From Oculatellaceae cyanobacterium bins.114 (lineage in GTDB: Bacteria; Cyanobacteriota; Cyanobacteriia; Elainellales; Elainellaceae): a stretch of DNA of 64,000 nt. This document shows positions 1 to 11,167 of the stretch, piece by piece. The first letter of the stretch is position 1. Every line of letters begins with the position of its first letter. The notes under the pieces are model-generated. The model ran no database searches, was not told the DNA's origin, and saw only the letters and a list, made by a program, of their open reading frames with translations. The stretch is taken from NCBI GenBank assembly GCA_033764315.1, contig JANRJA010000092.1, forward strand, positions 1-64,000, given 5' to 3'. The translations under genes were made by a program, and so were the position numbers.

Positions 1-36
1 CAACCTCCTAATTTCACAAATGATTTAGGACTGCTA
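1..36. repeat. Partial MITE-like palindromic repeat (TATAGC...GCTATA family)
   Basis: Reverse complement of the start of the 27333-27425 repeat (TAGCAGTCCTAAATCATTTGTGAAATTAGGAGGTTG). Confidence 0.8.
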
Positions 37-106
37 CATCACTAATCTGTGACCATTTTTATTGAACCCAAAATATGAGTATTAATTGGTATTAAGGAGT
101 CTAGAT

Positions 107-331
107 TTAATCAGTAGCAATGCGGCGATCGCGCTCTTCTCGCCTGGGTTGTTTGCTATCTCGTGATGCTTCTGCATCTATCAATGACTCAACCTGCTTT
201 GGAGGCATATCGACAGTTGTTAAGGGTATGGCTTGTTGAGACGGGTTTTGTTCAGACGGGGGTGAGGCTTCCAGTTCATCTTGGGGCACTTGTTCCACTC
301 CCAATGATTCGTCGTGTTGCTCATTAGACAT
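107..331 (-). CDS. Small acidic hypothetical protein
   Basis: 74-aa ORF with ATG start, no motif recognised. Confidence 0.5.
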   Translation of the reverse strand: MSNEQHDESLGVEQVPQDELEASPPSEQNPSQQAIPLTTVDMPPKQVESLIDAEASRDSKQPRREERDRRIATD

Positions 332-518
332 ACCATTTCACCCTGATCTGAATATTTCTTTAGTTTAAGAAAGATCGAGATAATTTACCTCTTCTCAGAG
401 GTATCTATACCGAGAGTCAAGGTCTATCAAATGGCAGATCTGGACGGTAAAAAAGCCATCATTCTCTAGAAAATTAGGATTTGAGTATGATCAAAGAGAA
501 ATTTATGAATGATGCAGA

Positions 519-1313
519 ATGACGGTATTTGATGGAATTGAGTCGATTAACGCCTTAGTAGTAGGGGCTAACCGAGGTATTGGCTTAGGCTTTGTAGAAC
601 AATTACTGAAAGACAATCGAATCGGGACACTCTACGCTACATACCGCAACGACATCTCGCCAGAGTTATTAGCGATGCAAAGCCGTTTTTTTGAGGGGGC
701 GATCGCCACTCAACCGTCTGATCGACTGCACTTAATCGCGATGGATGTGACTGATGAAACTCAGATTGCTCAAGGGATTGCTCAGATTAAGACTCAAACC
801 CCTCAATTGCATCTGGTGATGTATTGTGTTGGGCTTTTGCATGAGGGTGAGATGCAACCTGAGAAGGGATTGCAACAGATTCAATCTGATCGCCTCTTGC
901 GTTATTTTCAAGTCAATAGTATCGGGGCGGTGCTTCTCGCCAAACATCTCGTACCATTACTTAAACATGGCGATCGCAGTGTGTTTGCGAGCATCTCCGC
1001 CAAAGTCGGCAGCATTGGCGATAACCAGTTGGGTGGCTGGTATGGCTATCGCGCCTCAAAAGCTGCACTGAATATGTTTATGCGAACTGTGGCGATCGAA
1101 TATCACCGTAAGAGCCCCAAAACCCTCGTGACCCTGCTGCATCCCGGCACAACTGATACCCAGTTATCCAAACCGTTTCAGCGCAACGTCCCCCCCGAAA
1201 AGCTATTTTCGGTTGACCGAACTGTGACCCAACTGCTGGCCGTGATTGAGCAGTTGCAACCTGAGGATAGTGGTCAATTTTTTTCGTGGGATGGAAGCCG
1301 TTTGCCCTGGTAA
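519..1313 (+). CDS. Short-chain dehydrogenase/reductase (CsgA/C-factor-like)
   Basis: GANRGIG Rossmann motif, YRASK catalytic YxxxK, LHPGTTDT. Confidence 0.9.
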   Translation: MTVFDGIESINALVVGANRGIGLGFVEQLLKDNRIGTLYATYRNDISPELLAMQSRFFEGAIATQPSDRLHLIAMDVTDETQIAQGIAQIKTQTPQLHLVMYCVGLLHEGEMQPEKGLQQIQSDRLLRYFQVNSIGAVLLAKHLVPLLKHGDRSVFASISAKVGSIGDNQLGGWYGYRASKAALNMFMRTVAIEYHRKSPKTLVTLLHPGTTDTQLSKPFQRNVPPEKLFSVDRTVTQLLAVIEQLQPEDSGQFFSWDGSRLPW

Positions 1314-1383
1314 CAGGGAACCTGTCATTTCAAGATGAAATCAGTACTCTAGAGATATTGCTTGTTTACACTCCAAAGTCGTT

Positions 1384-1746
1384 ATGCTGTCTTACCCTCG
1401 TTGGTTCGCTACCCTGACTGTCGTCGCCCTAATGCAACTGATCAACAGCGGCGTAGCCGTGGCACAATCTAGCTCTGCTGCACCGATTGCTAACCCAACC
1501 CATGCCACCCCTCCAGCAGGCAATTCTGGTGCTCCACCTAACCCAACTCTGCGATCGTCGCCTCAAATGACTGAACCCTCGCAACCCCAATCAACCCCAC
1601 TCTCACAAGAGACTGTAACCCCTTGTGCAGCAGGACAATTTCTCTCGGTGTTTTCAGATGTACGCCCTGATCACTGGGCATATGAAGCGGTCAACCGATT
1701 GGCCGTTGGGGAACCCCGGTGTTTTCCATTAACCCCTCAATCATGA
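1384..1746 (+). CDS. Secreted protein with SLH-like motif
   Basis: Signal peptide (AVA-Q), Pro/Ser linker, FSDVRPDHWAYEAVNRL. Confidence 0.7.
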   Translation: MLSYPRWFATLTVVALMQLINSGVAVAQSSSAAPIANPTHATPPAGNSGAPPNPTLRSSPQMTEPSQPQSTPLSQETVTPCAAGQFLSVFSDVRPDHWAYEAVNRLAVGEPRCFPLTPQS

Positions 1747-1878
1747 GACAAATGAGTGACTCTTTCACCCTTTAGAGAATTAATTGTGTATGCGTCGAAG
1801 CAGCGTTATGTCCCGTAACTGTGCAATGGTTAAGAGTAAAGTAGAACCAATGAAGACTAAATAGCAGAAGATCTACCA

Positions 1879-3540
1879 ATGGCAAAACCTGTAATTCTGA
1901 CCGTTGATGATGATCCAGATGTGTTGCAAACAGTGTCACGCGACTTGCGGCATCAGTATGGCGATCGCTTCCGAGTGGTTCGTGCTGATTCTGGACAGTC
2001 TGCTTTAGAGGCGTTGCAGCAGTTAAAGCTGCGCAATGAATTCGTTGCATTGTTTTTAGTCGATCAACGGATGCCCTATATGAGCGGGGTTGAATTTTTA
2101 GAACAAGCCCTGACCCTATATCCCGGTGCCAAGCGAGCCCTGCTAACCGCTTATGCCGATACGGATGCTGCTATTCGGGCGATTAACACCACTCGCATTG
2201 ATTATTATCTGCTCAAACCCTGGGATCCTCCTGAAGAGAGGCTCTACCCCGTATTGGATGACTTACTAGACGACTGGTCAGCCTCCTTCCGTCCTCCCTT
2301 CGAGGGCATTCGGGTTGTTGGCAACCGCTGGTCACCGCTGTCTCATCAGGTAAAGGATTTTCTAGCACGGAACCAAATTCCCTATCAGTGGTTAGACATT
2401 GAACTGGAAGCTGAAGCCGAGAAACTGGTGGAATATGCTGAAGCCGAGGGCAGACAACAGTTGCCCCTGGTTTTGTTTGCCGATGGCTCACGCTTGGTTC
2501 AACCCTCTAATCTGGCGATCGCCGAAAAAATTGGACTGCGAACTCAGGCAGAGCGTCCCTTTTATGACCTGGCGATTATTGGTGGCGGGCCTGCCGGACT
2601 GGCTGCCGCTGTGTATGGAGCCTCTGAGGGGCTCAGCACGGTCATGATTGAGCGAGAAGCACCTGGCGGACAGGCAGGCTCTAGTTCTCGCATTGAGAAT
2701 TATCTGGGGTTTCCGGTGGGGTTAAGTGGTGCCGATTTAGCTCGTCGAGCCGTGACTCAGGCCCGTCGATTTGGGGTCGAGATTCTCACGCCTCAAGAAG
2801 TGTCTGGTATTCGCCTGACTGACCCCTACCGCATTTTGCAATTAGCAGATGGCAGTGAGATCAGCTGCCACGCCCTGTTAGTAGCAACTGGGGTGTCTTA
2901 TCGCAAGCTAGATGTTCCTGGGATGGCTCAGCTCAGTGGAGCAGGGGTGTATTATGGAGCCGCCATGACCGAGGCGATCGCCTGTCAGGGAGAATCGGTC
3001 TATGTGGTCGGTGGTGCAAACTCAGCAGGGCAAGCCGCCATGCACTTTTCTAAATATGCGGGTGAGGTGGTGATGCTGGTGCGATCGCCCCTCTCTAAGA
3101 GCATGTCTCAATATTTAATTGACCAGATTGAGGCAACCGACAACATCACGGTCTGTACTGGGTGCGTGGTTGAAGAAGTCAAAGGTGAAACCAACCTGGA
3201 AGCTATTGTAATCAAGCACACCAACACTGGACAGATCGAAACGGTGGCTGCGTCTTCTCTCTTTATCTTTATTGGAGCGATGCCCCAAACGGATTGGTTA
3301 GATGGCGTTGTAGAGCGAGACGAGCGAGGCTTTATTCTCACTGGATCTGACTTAATTCGAGAGGGCAAACCACCCAAAGGATGGAACCTGGAGCGATCGC
3401 CTTTTCTATTAGAAACCAGTGTTCCTGGCATTTTTGCAGCGGGAGATGTGCGCTATAACTCTGTCAAACGGGTGGCATCCGGTGTCGGAGAAGGGGCGAT
3501 CGCCGTTCAGTTTATCCATCGATATCTCAGCAAGGTATAA
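1879..3540 (+). CDS. Response-regulator receiver fused to thioredoxin-reductase-like FAD oxidoreductase
   Basis: VDDD/DQRMP/KPW receiver motifs; GGGPAG, GGANSAGQ, AAGDV TrxB-like motifs. Confidence 0.9.
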   Translation: MAKPVILTVDDDPDVLQTVSRDLRHQYGDRFRVVRADSGQSALEALQQLKLRNEFVALFLVDQRMPYMSGVEFLEQALTLYPGAKRALLTAYADTDAAIRAINTTRIDYYLLKPWDPPEERLYPVLDDLLDDWSASFRPPFEGIRVVGNRWSPLSHQVKDFLARNQIPYQWLDIELEAEAEKLVEYAEAEGRQQLPLVLFADGSRLVQPSNLAIAEKIGLRTQAERPFYDLAIIGGGPAGLAAAVYGASEGLSTVMIEREAPGGQAGSSSRIENYLGFPVGLSGADLARRAVTQARRFGVEILTPQEVSGIRLTDPYRILQLADGSEISCHALLVATGVSYRKLDVPGMAQLSGAGVYYGAAMTEAIACQGESVYVVGGANSAGQAAMHFSKYAGEVVMLVRSPLSKSMSQYLIDQIEATDNITVCTGCVVEEVKGETNLEAIVIKHTNTGQIETVAASSLFIFIGAMPQTDWLDGVVERDERGFILTGSDLIREGKPPKGWNLERSPFLLETSVPGIFAAGDVRYNSVKRVASGVGEGAIAVQFIHRYLSKV

Positions 3541-3556
3541 CGCTATGGAGATCCAT

Positions 3557-4960
3557 ATGGGAGATAAATTATGTATCAACGATCTACTGGCGTTAGAACC
3601 GTTTCAACACCTTCCTAAAGCTCGATTAGAGTGGGTGTGCGATCGCGCCAAAATCGTGGAACTGGCGGCTGGCGAAGTGCTGATTCACGAAGGCGACCCC
3701 CATCGCGGTTTGTTCATTCTGGTGGCTGGGCAAGTCGTCATCACTCGCCGCAGCGAAGGGGTCGAAATGCCTTTAGGACGACATACCGCCCCTGCTTTTT
3801 TTGGCGAAATTCAAGTGCTCACCGATGACCCTGCCCCAGTTACGCTGCAAGCCTTAACTCCATGCCATCTGCACGAAATTGAGGCAGATGATTTTCGCAC
3901 ACTGCTGCATGAGTGCCGTGATTTTGAACGCATCGTGTTTCGCATGGTTGAGCGACGGCTGCGCGGATTGGAATCTTTCATTCGGGGACGAGAAAAAATG
4001 GCAGCATTGGGCACCCTGGCAGCAGGGCTTGCCCACGAATTGAATAACCCTGCTGCTGCGCTGGTTCGATCTTTAAAGGAAATGCCAGCCGCTGTGTTAG
4101 AACTGCAACGCATGAACCTGGTCTATGGGCAACGTCAGGTCGAGCCAGAACACACGCAACAATGGCTACAAGCACGAGATGCAGGCTATGATGTGCTGCT
4201 AAACGATCGCACCGATCCAGTTACGCTGAGCGATCGCGAAGATGTCCTCTTGACCTGGCTGGAAGACTATGGGGTTAACCAGGCGTGGAAACTGGCTGAA
4301 CCTCTTGCAGCCGCAGGGGTTAAAACCAAAACATTAGATCAGCTAATGGAGCGTTGGCGAGACGACCCAACAGAATTGCGAGAAATGGGGCTGCACTGGT
4401 TGTCACTTTCCTTTGAAGTGATGGCGATGATCAAACATGGGCTGCGAGGGGCTGAACGTATTTCAGAACTGGTGCAAGCCATGAAATCCTACTCTTATTT
4501 GGATCAAGGCGTACAACAGGAAGTTGATGTCCATCAAGGCTTAGAAGATACTCTGCGGTTATTTGCACACAAACTCAAACAAGGCATCCAAGTTCAACGC
4601 AATTATCATCCTCAATTGCCCAAAGTGATGGCTTATGGCAGTGAACTCAATCAGGTGTGGACAAATTTAATCGACAATGCGATCGATGCGATGGATGGTA
4701 AAGGAGTGCTTGAAATTACAACACACCTCAAAGAACACTCCATTCAAGTCTTGATCGCTGACTCCGGTAATGGCATTCCTCCTGAGATTCAATCCCGTAT
4801 TTTTGAACCCTTTTTTACGACAAAACCCGTTGGCAAAGGGTCAGGTCTGGGTCTGGAGATGGTGCGACGGATTGTCGAAAATCGCCACCAGGGTACAATC
4901 TTAATGGAGTCAAAGCCAGGAAGAACTTGCTTTAATATTTGTTTGCCACTGGCGAGATAA
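3557..4960 (+). CDS. cNMP-binding-domain sensor histidine kinase
   Basis: cNMP fold (EGD, FFGEI), AHELNNP H-box, NAIDAM/FFTTK/GSGLGL; start uncertain (3544 or 3557). Confidence 0.9.
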   Translation: MGDKLCINDLLALEPFQHLPKARLEWVCDRAKIVELAAGEVLIHEGDPHRGLFILVAGQVVITRRSEGVEMPLGRHTAPAFFGEIQVLTDDPAPVTLQALTPCHLHEIEADDFRTLLHECRDFERIVFRMVERRLRGLESFIRGREKMAALGTLAAGLAHELNNPAAALVRSLKEMPAAVLELQRMNLVYGQRQVEPEHTQQWLQARDAGYDVLLNDRTDPVTLSDREDVLLTWLEDYGVNQAWKLAEPLAAAGVKTKTLDQLMERWRDDPTELREMGLHWLSLSFEVMAMIKHGLRGAERISELVQAMKSYSYLDQGVQQEVDVHQGLEDTLRLFAHKLKQGIQVQRNYHPQLPKVMAYGSELNQVWTNLIDNAIDAMDGKGVLEITTHLKEHSIQVLIADSGNGIPPEIQSRIFEPFFTTKPVGKGSGLGLEMVRRIVENRHQGTILMESKPGRTCFNICLPLAR

Positions 4961-4973
4961 AATCCTCAAATCG

Positions 4974-6194
4974 ATGCCATCACCTCTCTCTTTCCTTGCC
5001 GATGAGCTCAAGCAAAACGGAATTGCCGCAGAAGTTCCTCAATTGCTGCAATATCCTGCTGTTTTAGCGGAGTTGAGTTATGCCCTCAGTCCAGTGCTAC
5101 ACGAGGGAAAGCTGCAACCCTACGGCTTCATCGCTATTCAAAAAAGCACGGCTCCCCTTATCAAAAGTCCCTACGAGAAATTGTTGATCCATTTGCCGGA
5201 AGCTAGACGGGTGGCAGATGGATGCTATGGATTTTCAATCTTTAAGGAAGGCCAGTTTTATGGTGTATTCATTCCTAAATACGCGGCTTATACCGAACTG
5301 CAACTGGTGCAACTTCAACAAGAATTGCATGCCATCATCTGTGTCACTGATGCTAGCGGAGTGACAAAACTCTTTTGTGATGCTGGTTTGTTCATTCACC
5401 AATATCGCAGTTGGCAAAAAAAACCCTGTATCAATAGTGCCCTACAAAATATTTGTCGCTGTTCTCCTCAAGCAAATCCTGAAACGTTAAAGAACCTGTT
5501 GGAGTTTTGTTTTCATGACCTCAGCCCCCGTAAAATTGGGGCGACGCTAGTTTGGTGCTTAACAGAACCCAACCCAGACGAGTGGGACAATATGCGTCCT
5601 AACTTCACCTTAGAAGAAATTGAGACGCGCGTTGGCAGCCTCCCCGGTGGCAGTGACAGTGCTGACCGCTCGGTTGCCGTGTTACGTCATCTATTGAACT
5701 ATACTGACGGAGCCGCTATTTTAGATACCCAAGCACGGGCTATTGGGGTGGGTGCACAACTGAAGTACTCAGAAGCCAGTAAGCAACTCATTGAGGCTCG
5801 CTCTGGAACACGCCATACCTCAGCCCAACGGTTTTCCTACGACTTTGCTAAAGGCATCATATTTGTAGTCTCGAGCGATGGGCCGGTGACGGTCTTCTCA
5901 GATGGCATGAGCGTGACTGATTTAGATGTTCGCTTTGCTGATGAGATGCCGATGGAGGTTTCAGCAGAGGCTTTGACAGCGGAGGTTCCAGATCCTTGCT
6001 GTACTAGTGAGCTTGAATGTCAGAATTGCAAAAAACAACTCAAGATTCAAACAACCGATAATGTTGAATTAAAGCAACAGGAAAAGCAATTGTATTGCCC
6101 TGTATGTAGTCATTTTATTCACCCGGTGAGATGCAGTAATTTGGACGTTTATGTAGTCAAAACCTGGCAAAAATCCATACCTATAAGCAGTTAG
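4974..6194 (+). CDS. DisA_N/DAC (diadenylate-cyclase-like) domain protein with C-terminal Zn-ribbon
   Basis: DGAAIL and GTRHTSA motifs, VVSSDG; C-terminal CQNC...CPVC. Confidence 0.75.
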   Translation: MPSPLSFLADELKQNGIAAEVPQLLQYPAVLAELSYALSPVLHEGKLQPYGFIAIQKSTAPLIKSPYEKLLIHLPEARRVADGCYGFSIFKEGQFYGVFIPKYAAYTELQLVQLQQELHAIICVTDASGVTKLFCDAGLFIHQYRSWQKKPCINSALQNICRCSPQANPETLKNLLEFCFHDLSPRKIGATLVWCLTEPNPDEWDNMRPNFTLEEIETRVGSLPGGSDSADRSVAVLRHLLNYTDGAAILDTQARAIGVGAQLKYSEASKQLIEARSGTRHTSAQRFSYDFAKGIIFVVSSDGPVTVFSDGMSVTDLDVRFADEMPMEVSAEALTAEVPDPCCTSELECQNCKKQLKIQTTDNVELKQQEKQLYCPVCSHFIHPVRCSNLDVYVVKTWQKSIPISS

Positions 6195-6285
6195 AGGGTG
6201 TCTTAAAAGTCTAAGTTGAGACAGCATTGGCGGCTCAAGTTGCAGACTTCGGCTGAGGCTCACGCCGAAGTCTACAAGGGCAAAA
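6192..6285. repeat. Dispersed REP-like repeat (TTCGGCTGAGGCTCACGCCGAAG family)
   Basis: Similar copies at ~10806-10953, ~24891-24946 and ~45070-45250. Confidence 0.75.
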
Positions 6286-6611
6286 ACATTGTGCTCAGTT
6301 TCTCGTTGATGGCTTTTAGCTAGCTATGTGGTTCTGAAGGCTTTGCCTCCACAGATGGAGTGAGGAGGCAGAGACTTTGGTATGGCATTTCCAAGCTCTG
6401 CCTGAAAACGAGATGTTGCTACATTTGTCTCTAGATAGAGTGACAGAAGAAGATTGGTAAGTAGACTTTAATCAATTATGAGATGCATTTTGCTCCCATT
6501 TGACATGTTTAGGACAAGCCTTGACGCTTCCGCTGAGTGGATTTTGGCTTCACTCAATTCACTGTCTTAGTTGATTTTAATGAAGTCCTTTTACCAGGCT
6601 CTAGCTAAACA

Positions 6612-7142
6612 ATGCAGCTATTATCTATGCTGATGATCTTATTTTTCCTGTCAGCTTGTATCTCTTCTCAAGCTCTTAGTGTTATGAATGATTCATCCAA
6701 CTCTACTCACGTATCGCCATCTGAAGCATCCAGAGTTGACGCAAACCCTGATTCTGCACAGAGCATTGACTTTGATCTGAACGAGCATCAATGGCAACAC
6801 CGAATTCTGTTAGTTTTTGCGCCCTCTGCCCAATCTTCTGATTACCAGCACCAACTCCAGCAGTGGAACACTTACCCCAGGGAGATGAGCGATCGCGATC
6901 TTAAATTGGTCGAAGTTTTGGGAACTGGAACCAGTCAAGCTGATGGACAATCTATCTCTGCTGCATCGGCTGAGCGACTCAGACAACATTTTGGAGTCAC
7001 AGCCGAGGAATTTGTGGTAATTTTAGTGGGCAAAGATGGCACTGAAAAACAACGTCGCCAAACCTCAATTGAACCAACCACACTGTTTCAAACGATCGAT
7101 GCGATGCCCATGCGGCAACAAGAAATGCGCTCTCGACCCTAG
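6612..7142 (+). CDS. DUF4174-like lipoprotein
   Basis: Lipobox LSAC; WQHRILLVFAP, LVGKDGTEK, IDAMPMRQQE. Confidence 0.8.
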   Translation: MQLLSMLMILFFLSACISSQALSVMNDSSNSTHVSPSEASRVDANPDSAQSIDFDLNEHQWQHRILLVFAPSAQSSDYQHQLQQWNTYPREMSDRDLKLVEVLGTGTSQADGQSISAASAERLRQHFGVTAEEFVVILVGKDGTEKQRRQTSIEPTTLFQTIDAMPMRQQEMRSRP

Positions 7143-7164
7143 TTAGTTAAATAGAGAATAAGTT

Positions 7165-7998
7165 ATGCGATCGCTAACCTTGTCCTCTGGACAAACCATT
7201 CCTGTGCTTGGAATGGGCACCTGGCAAATGGGCGAAAACCCGAATCATCGTCAGAACGAAATCAATGCACTACATCACGGGTTAGATTTAGGACTGTCGC
7301 TGATCGACACGGCTGAAATGTATGGGGAAGGAGGAGCCGAGGAGGTCATTGCTGAGGCGATCGCCACTCGTCGTCCAGATGTTTTCTTGACCAGCAAAGT
7401 TTATCCTCACAATGCCTCTAAGCGAGGAGCCATTGCTGCGTGCGATCGCAGCCTCAAACGCTTAAAAACAGATTATCTAGATCTATACCTGCTGCACTGG
7501 CGTGGGTCTGTGCCATTGGCAGAGACACTAGAGGCGTTTCAAACACTGCAACAGGCGGGCAAAATTCGCAGTTATGGCGTCAGCAATTTTGATACCAAGG
7601 ATATGGAAAAGGCCGCTCACATCCCAGGTGGCACCGAAATTGTCACTAATCAGGTGCTCTATAACCTGACACGCCGGGGAGTTGAATGGGACTTGTTGCC
7701 CTGGTGTCGGCGACACAACATGCCGATTATGGCGTATTCCCCCATTGAGCAAGGGCGATTGCTCAACAACCGCTCCCTCAACGCGATCGCCCAAAATCGT
7801 GGAGTCACAGCCGCTCAAGTGGCGATCGCCTGGTTGTTACATCAAGACGATGTGATTGTCATTCCTAAGTCAAGCCGCATTGAGCACATAGAGCAAAATC
7901 ACGCTGCCCTAGATTTGAAATTGAGTACTGAAGAACTAGCAACTCTAGATGCGGCGTTTCCACCCCCCACGAAACCTGTTCCCCTGGAGATGCTGTAA
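7165..7998 (+). CDS. Aldo/keto reductase
   Basis: LGMGTW, IDTAEMYG, LYLLHW, GVSNF, AYSP, IPKS. Confidence 0.92.
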   Translation: MRSLTLSSGQTIPVLGMGTWQMGENPNHRQNEINALHHGLDLGLSLIDTAEMYGEGGAEEVIAEAIATRRPDVFLTSKVYPHNASKRGAIAACDRSLKRLKTDYLDLYLLHWRGSVPLAETLEAFQTLQQAGKIRSYGVSNFDTKDMEKAAHIPGGTEIVTNQVLYNLTRRGVEWDLLPWCRRHNMPIMAYSPIEQGRLLNNRSLNAIAQNRGVTAAQVAIAWLLHQDDVIVIPKSSRIEHIEQNHAALDLKLSTEELATLDAAFPPPTKPVPLEML

Positions 7999-8044
7999 GA
8001 GTGATGGCTTCAACTGGCGATACCAAACTGTGGGAAGAAGACCT

Positions 8045-9184
8045 TTAGGATAATCGCCGTTTGTAGTCGTCGTAGCTAAACTGCCGCACTAACTCAAACG
8101 TGCCATCGCTGCGAATAATGCCAATTGATGGATGGTGAATGCCATTAAACATAGAGGTTTTCACCATTGTGTAGTGGATCATGTCCTCAAAGATAATCGT
8201 GTCCCCAATTTGTAAGGGTGTGTCAAACGCATAATCGCCCATACCCATGACATCGCCTGCCAGACAGGTCGCACCCCCCATGCGATAGGTGAGTTCTCCA
8301 GGTTGAGGCGATCGCGCCCCTCGAATGCGAGGTTTATAAGGCATCTCCAAACAGTCGGGCATATGTGCAGTAAAAGAGACATCTAACATGGCGATCGCGG
8401 GGCCAGGGGTTTCAATCAAATCAAGCACAGTTGCCTTTAAAAAACCAGTTTCCCAGGCGATCGCTGCACTGGGTTCAATGTAAATCTCAAGATGAGGATA
8501 GCGAGACTTGAACTGGGTGATGACCTGAATGAAGTGTTCAGGATCATAGCCTTGGCGGGTGATGAGATGCCCACCCCCTAAATTGAGCCAGCGAATTTGC
8601 GGCAGGTGATGCCCAAACAGCTTTTCAATTTGTTTTAGGGTGGTTTCTAAATCGGTAGCATCGCTCTCACACAGATTGTGGCAGTGCAAGCCCTCAATTC
8701 CTTCAGGGAGTTTGCCGCTCAAGTTTTCAGCACGAATACCCAGGCGTGAGTAGGGCGAAGCCGGATTGTAGATGTCGTGAACCACCGGAGAATATTCAGG
8801 ATTGATTCGCAGCCCTGGAGACAACTTAGCAGACAGCGTCTTTTCCCGGAACTGTTGCCACTGACTGATTGAATTAAAGGTGATATGACTCGCCCCCTGA
8901 ATCAGCTGATCGAATTCATCGGGTCGATAGGCAGGCAGATAGAGATGCAAACTGCTTCCTAGCTCCTCTCGCACCAGCATTGCCTCATATAATGAGCTTG
9001 CCGCTGCACCGTGTAGATAGCGTCGAACAATAGGGAATGCGCTAAACATAGCGAATCCTTTTAACGCCAACAAAACCGTGATCCCCGCTTGTTGTTGCAA
9101 AGCTGCGATTTTCTCCAAATTTTGGATCAGCTTTTGCTCTTCAAGCACATAGCAAGGCGAGGGAAGGTCGGAATAATGGGTCAT
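8045..9184 (-). CDS. nspC: Carboxy(nor)spermidine decarboxylase
   Basis: LALKGF PLP lysine, LRINPE, NLGGGH, HMPDCLEMPY, TCLAGD, HYTMVK. Confidence 0.9.
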   Translation of the reverse strand: MTHYSDLPSPCYVLEEQKLIQNLEKIAALQQQAGITVLLALKGFAMFSAFPIVRRYLHGAAASSLYEAMLVREELGSSLHLYLPAYRPDEFDQLIQGASHITFNSISQWQQFREKTLSAKLSPGLRINPEYSPVVHDIYNPASPYSRLGIRAENLSGKLPEGIEGLHCHNLCESDATDLETTLKQIEKLFGHHLPQIRWLNLGGGHLITRQGYDPEHFIQVITQFKSRYPHLEIYIEPSAAIAWETGFLKATVLDLIETPGPAIAMLDVSFTAHMPDCLEMPYKPRIRGARSPQPGELTYRMGGATCLAGDVMGMGDYAFDTPLQIGDTIIFEDMIHYTMVKTSMFNGIHHPSIGIIRSDGTFELVRQFSYDDYKRRLS

Positions 9185-9369
9185 TGTTATGTCGATTCAA
9201 ATAGTTTTCTAGAGATTTCCAAGTTTAGAACGGGCTTGACAATGCCAAGCCCGTACAGGATGCTGTTGTTTTTTAGGATTCAAGACAGGTTGAGAACAAC
9301 TCTAGTGCTTTGTCTAATCAAGTTTTGAGGGGCAGTGCCCCTCTTAAATCAAGATTGACAGACTACTAG

Positions 9370-10572
<1,203 letters not shown>

Positions 10573-10805
10573 ATTCCCCTTTTCTTACAAATGGTCTGCT
10601 CACAAATATCGCCTCATTCAAAATGAATCTGTTGGTTTGAGGTGCGATCGCCAATTGTCTCATATTGTGTTTAAGGTAAAACTTAAACTCTATATATGGC
10701 TACTGCCACCAAGATTTAAGACTGGCTTGAGTCACAACTACTAGCTCATTCTAGAGCACTCATCTACCAGTTGCAGAAATAGGGAATGGAGAGTGATCAT
10801 CAGCC

Positions 10806-11094
10806 GCATTGGCGACTAAAGTCGTAGACTTCAGCGTGAGCCTCAGCCGAACACTACAAGGGCGAAACCTGCCTCCGCAGGTTAAGAAAGCCTGGATTGA
10901 CTTGAGTCCGTCGTTGCGGACTTCGTTCCAATAGCCGTAAATTCATTCGCCGGGTTCAGTCCCCCAACCACTCAAGGATCAAGGACAGGACATCTTTACA
11001 AATGATTGAGGATAGCTATAGCCATCCCAAATGGGTTGTGAGAGGGGTGCGCCTCTCAACCTGCTGATCTCACAAATGATTGAGGATGGCTATA
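10806..11094. repeat. Cluster of dispersed REP/MITE-like repeats
   Basis: Matches to the 6192-6285, 46159-46325 and 27333-27425 repeat families. Confidence 0.7.
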
Positions 11095-11167
11095 GATAGG
11101 GTCTACTGTTGATGAAATGTCAGAATAGAGTAGAACCTTCCTTTGCTCCTGAGCTTTATTTATCCCA

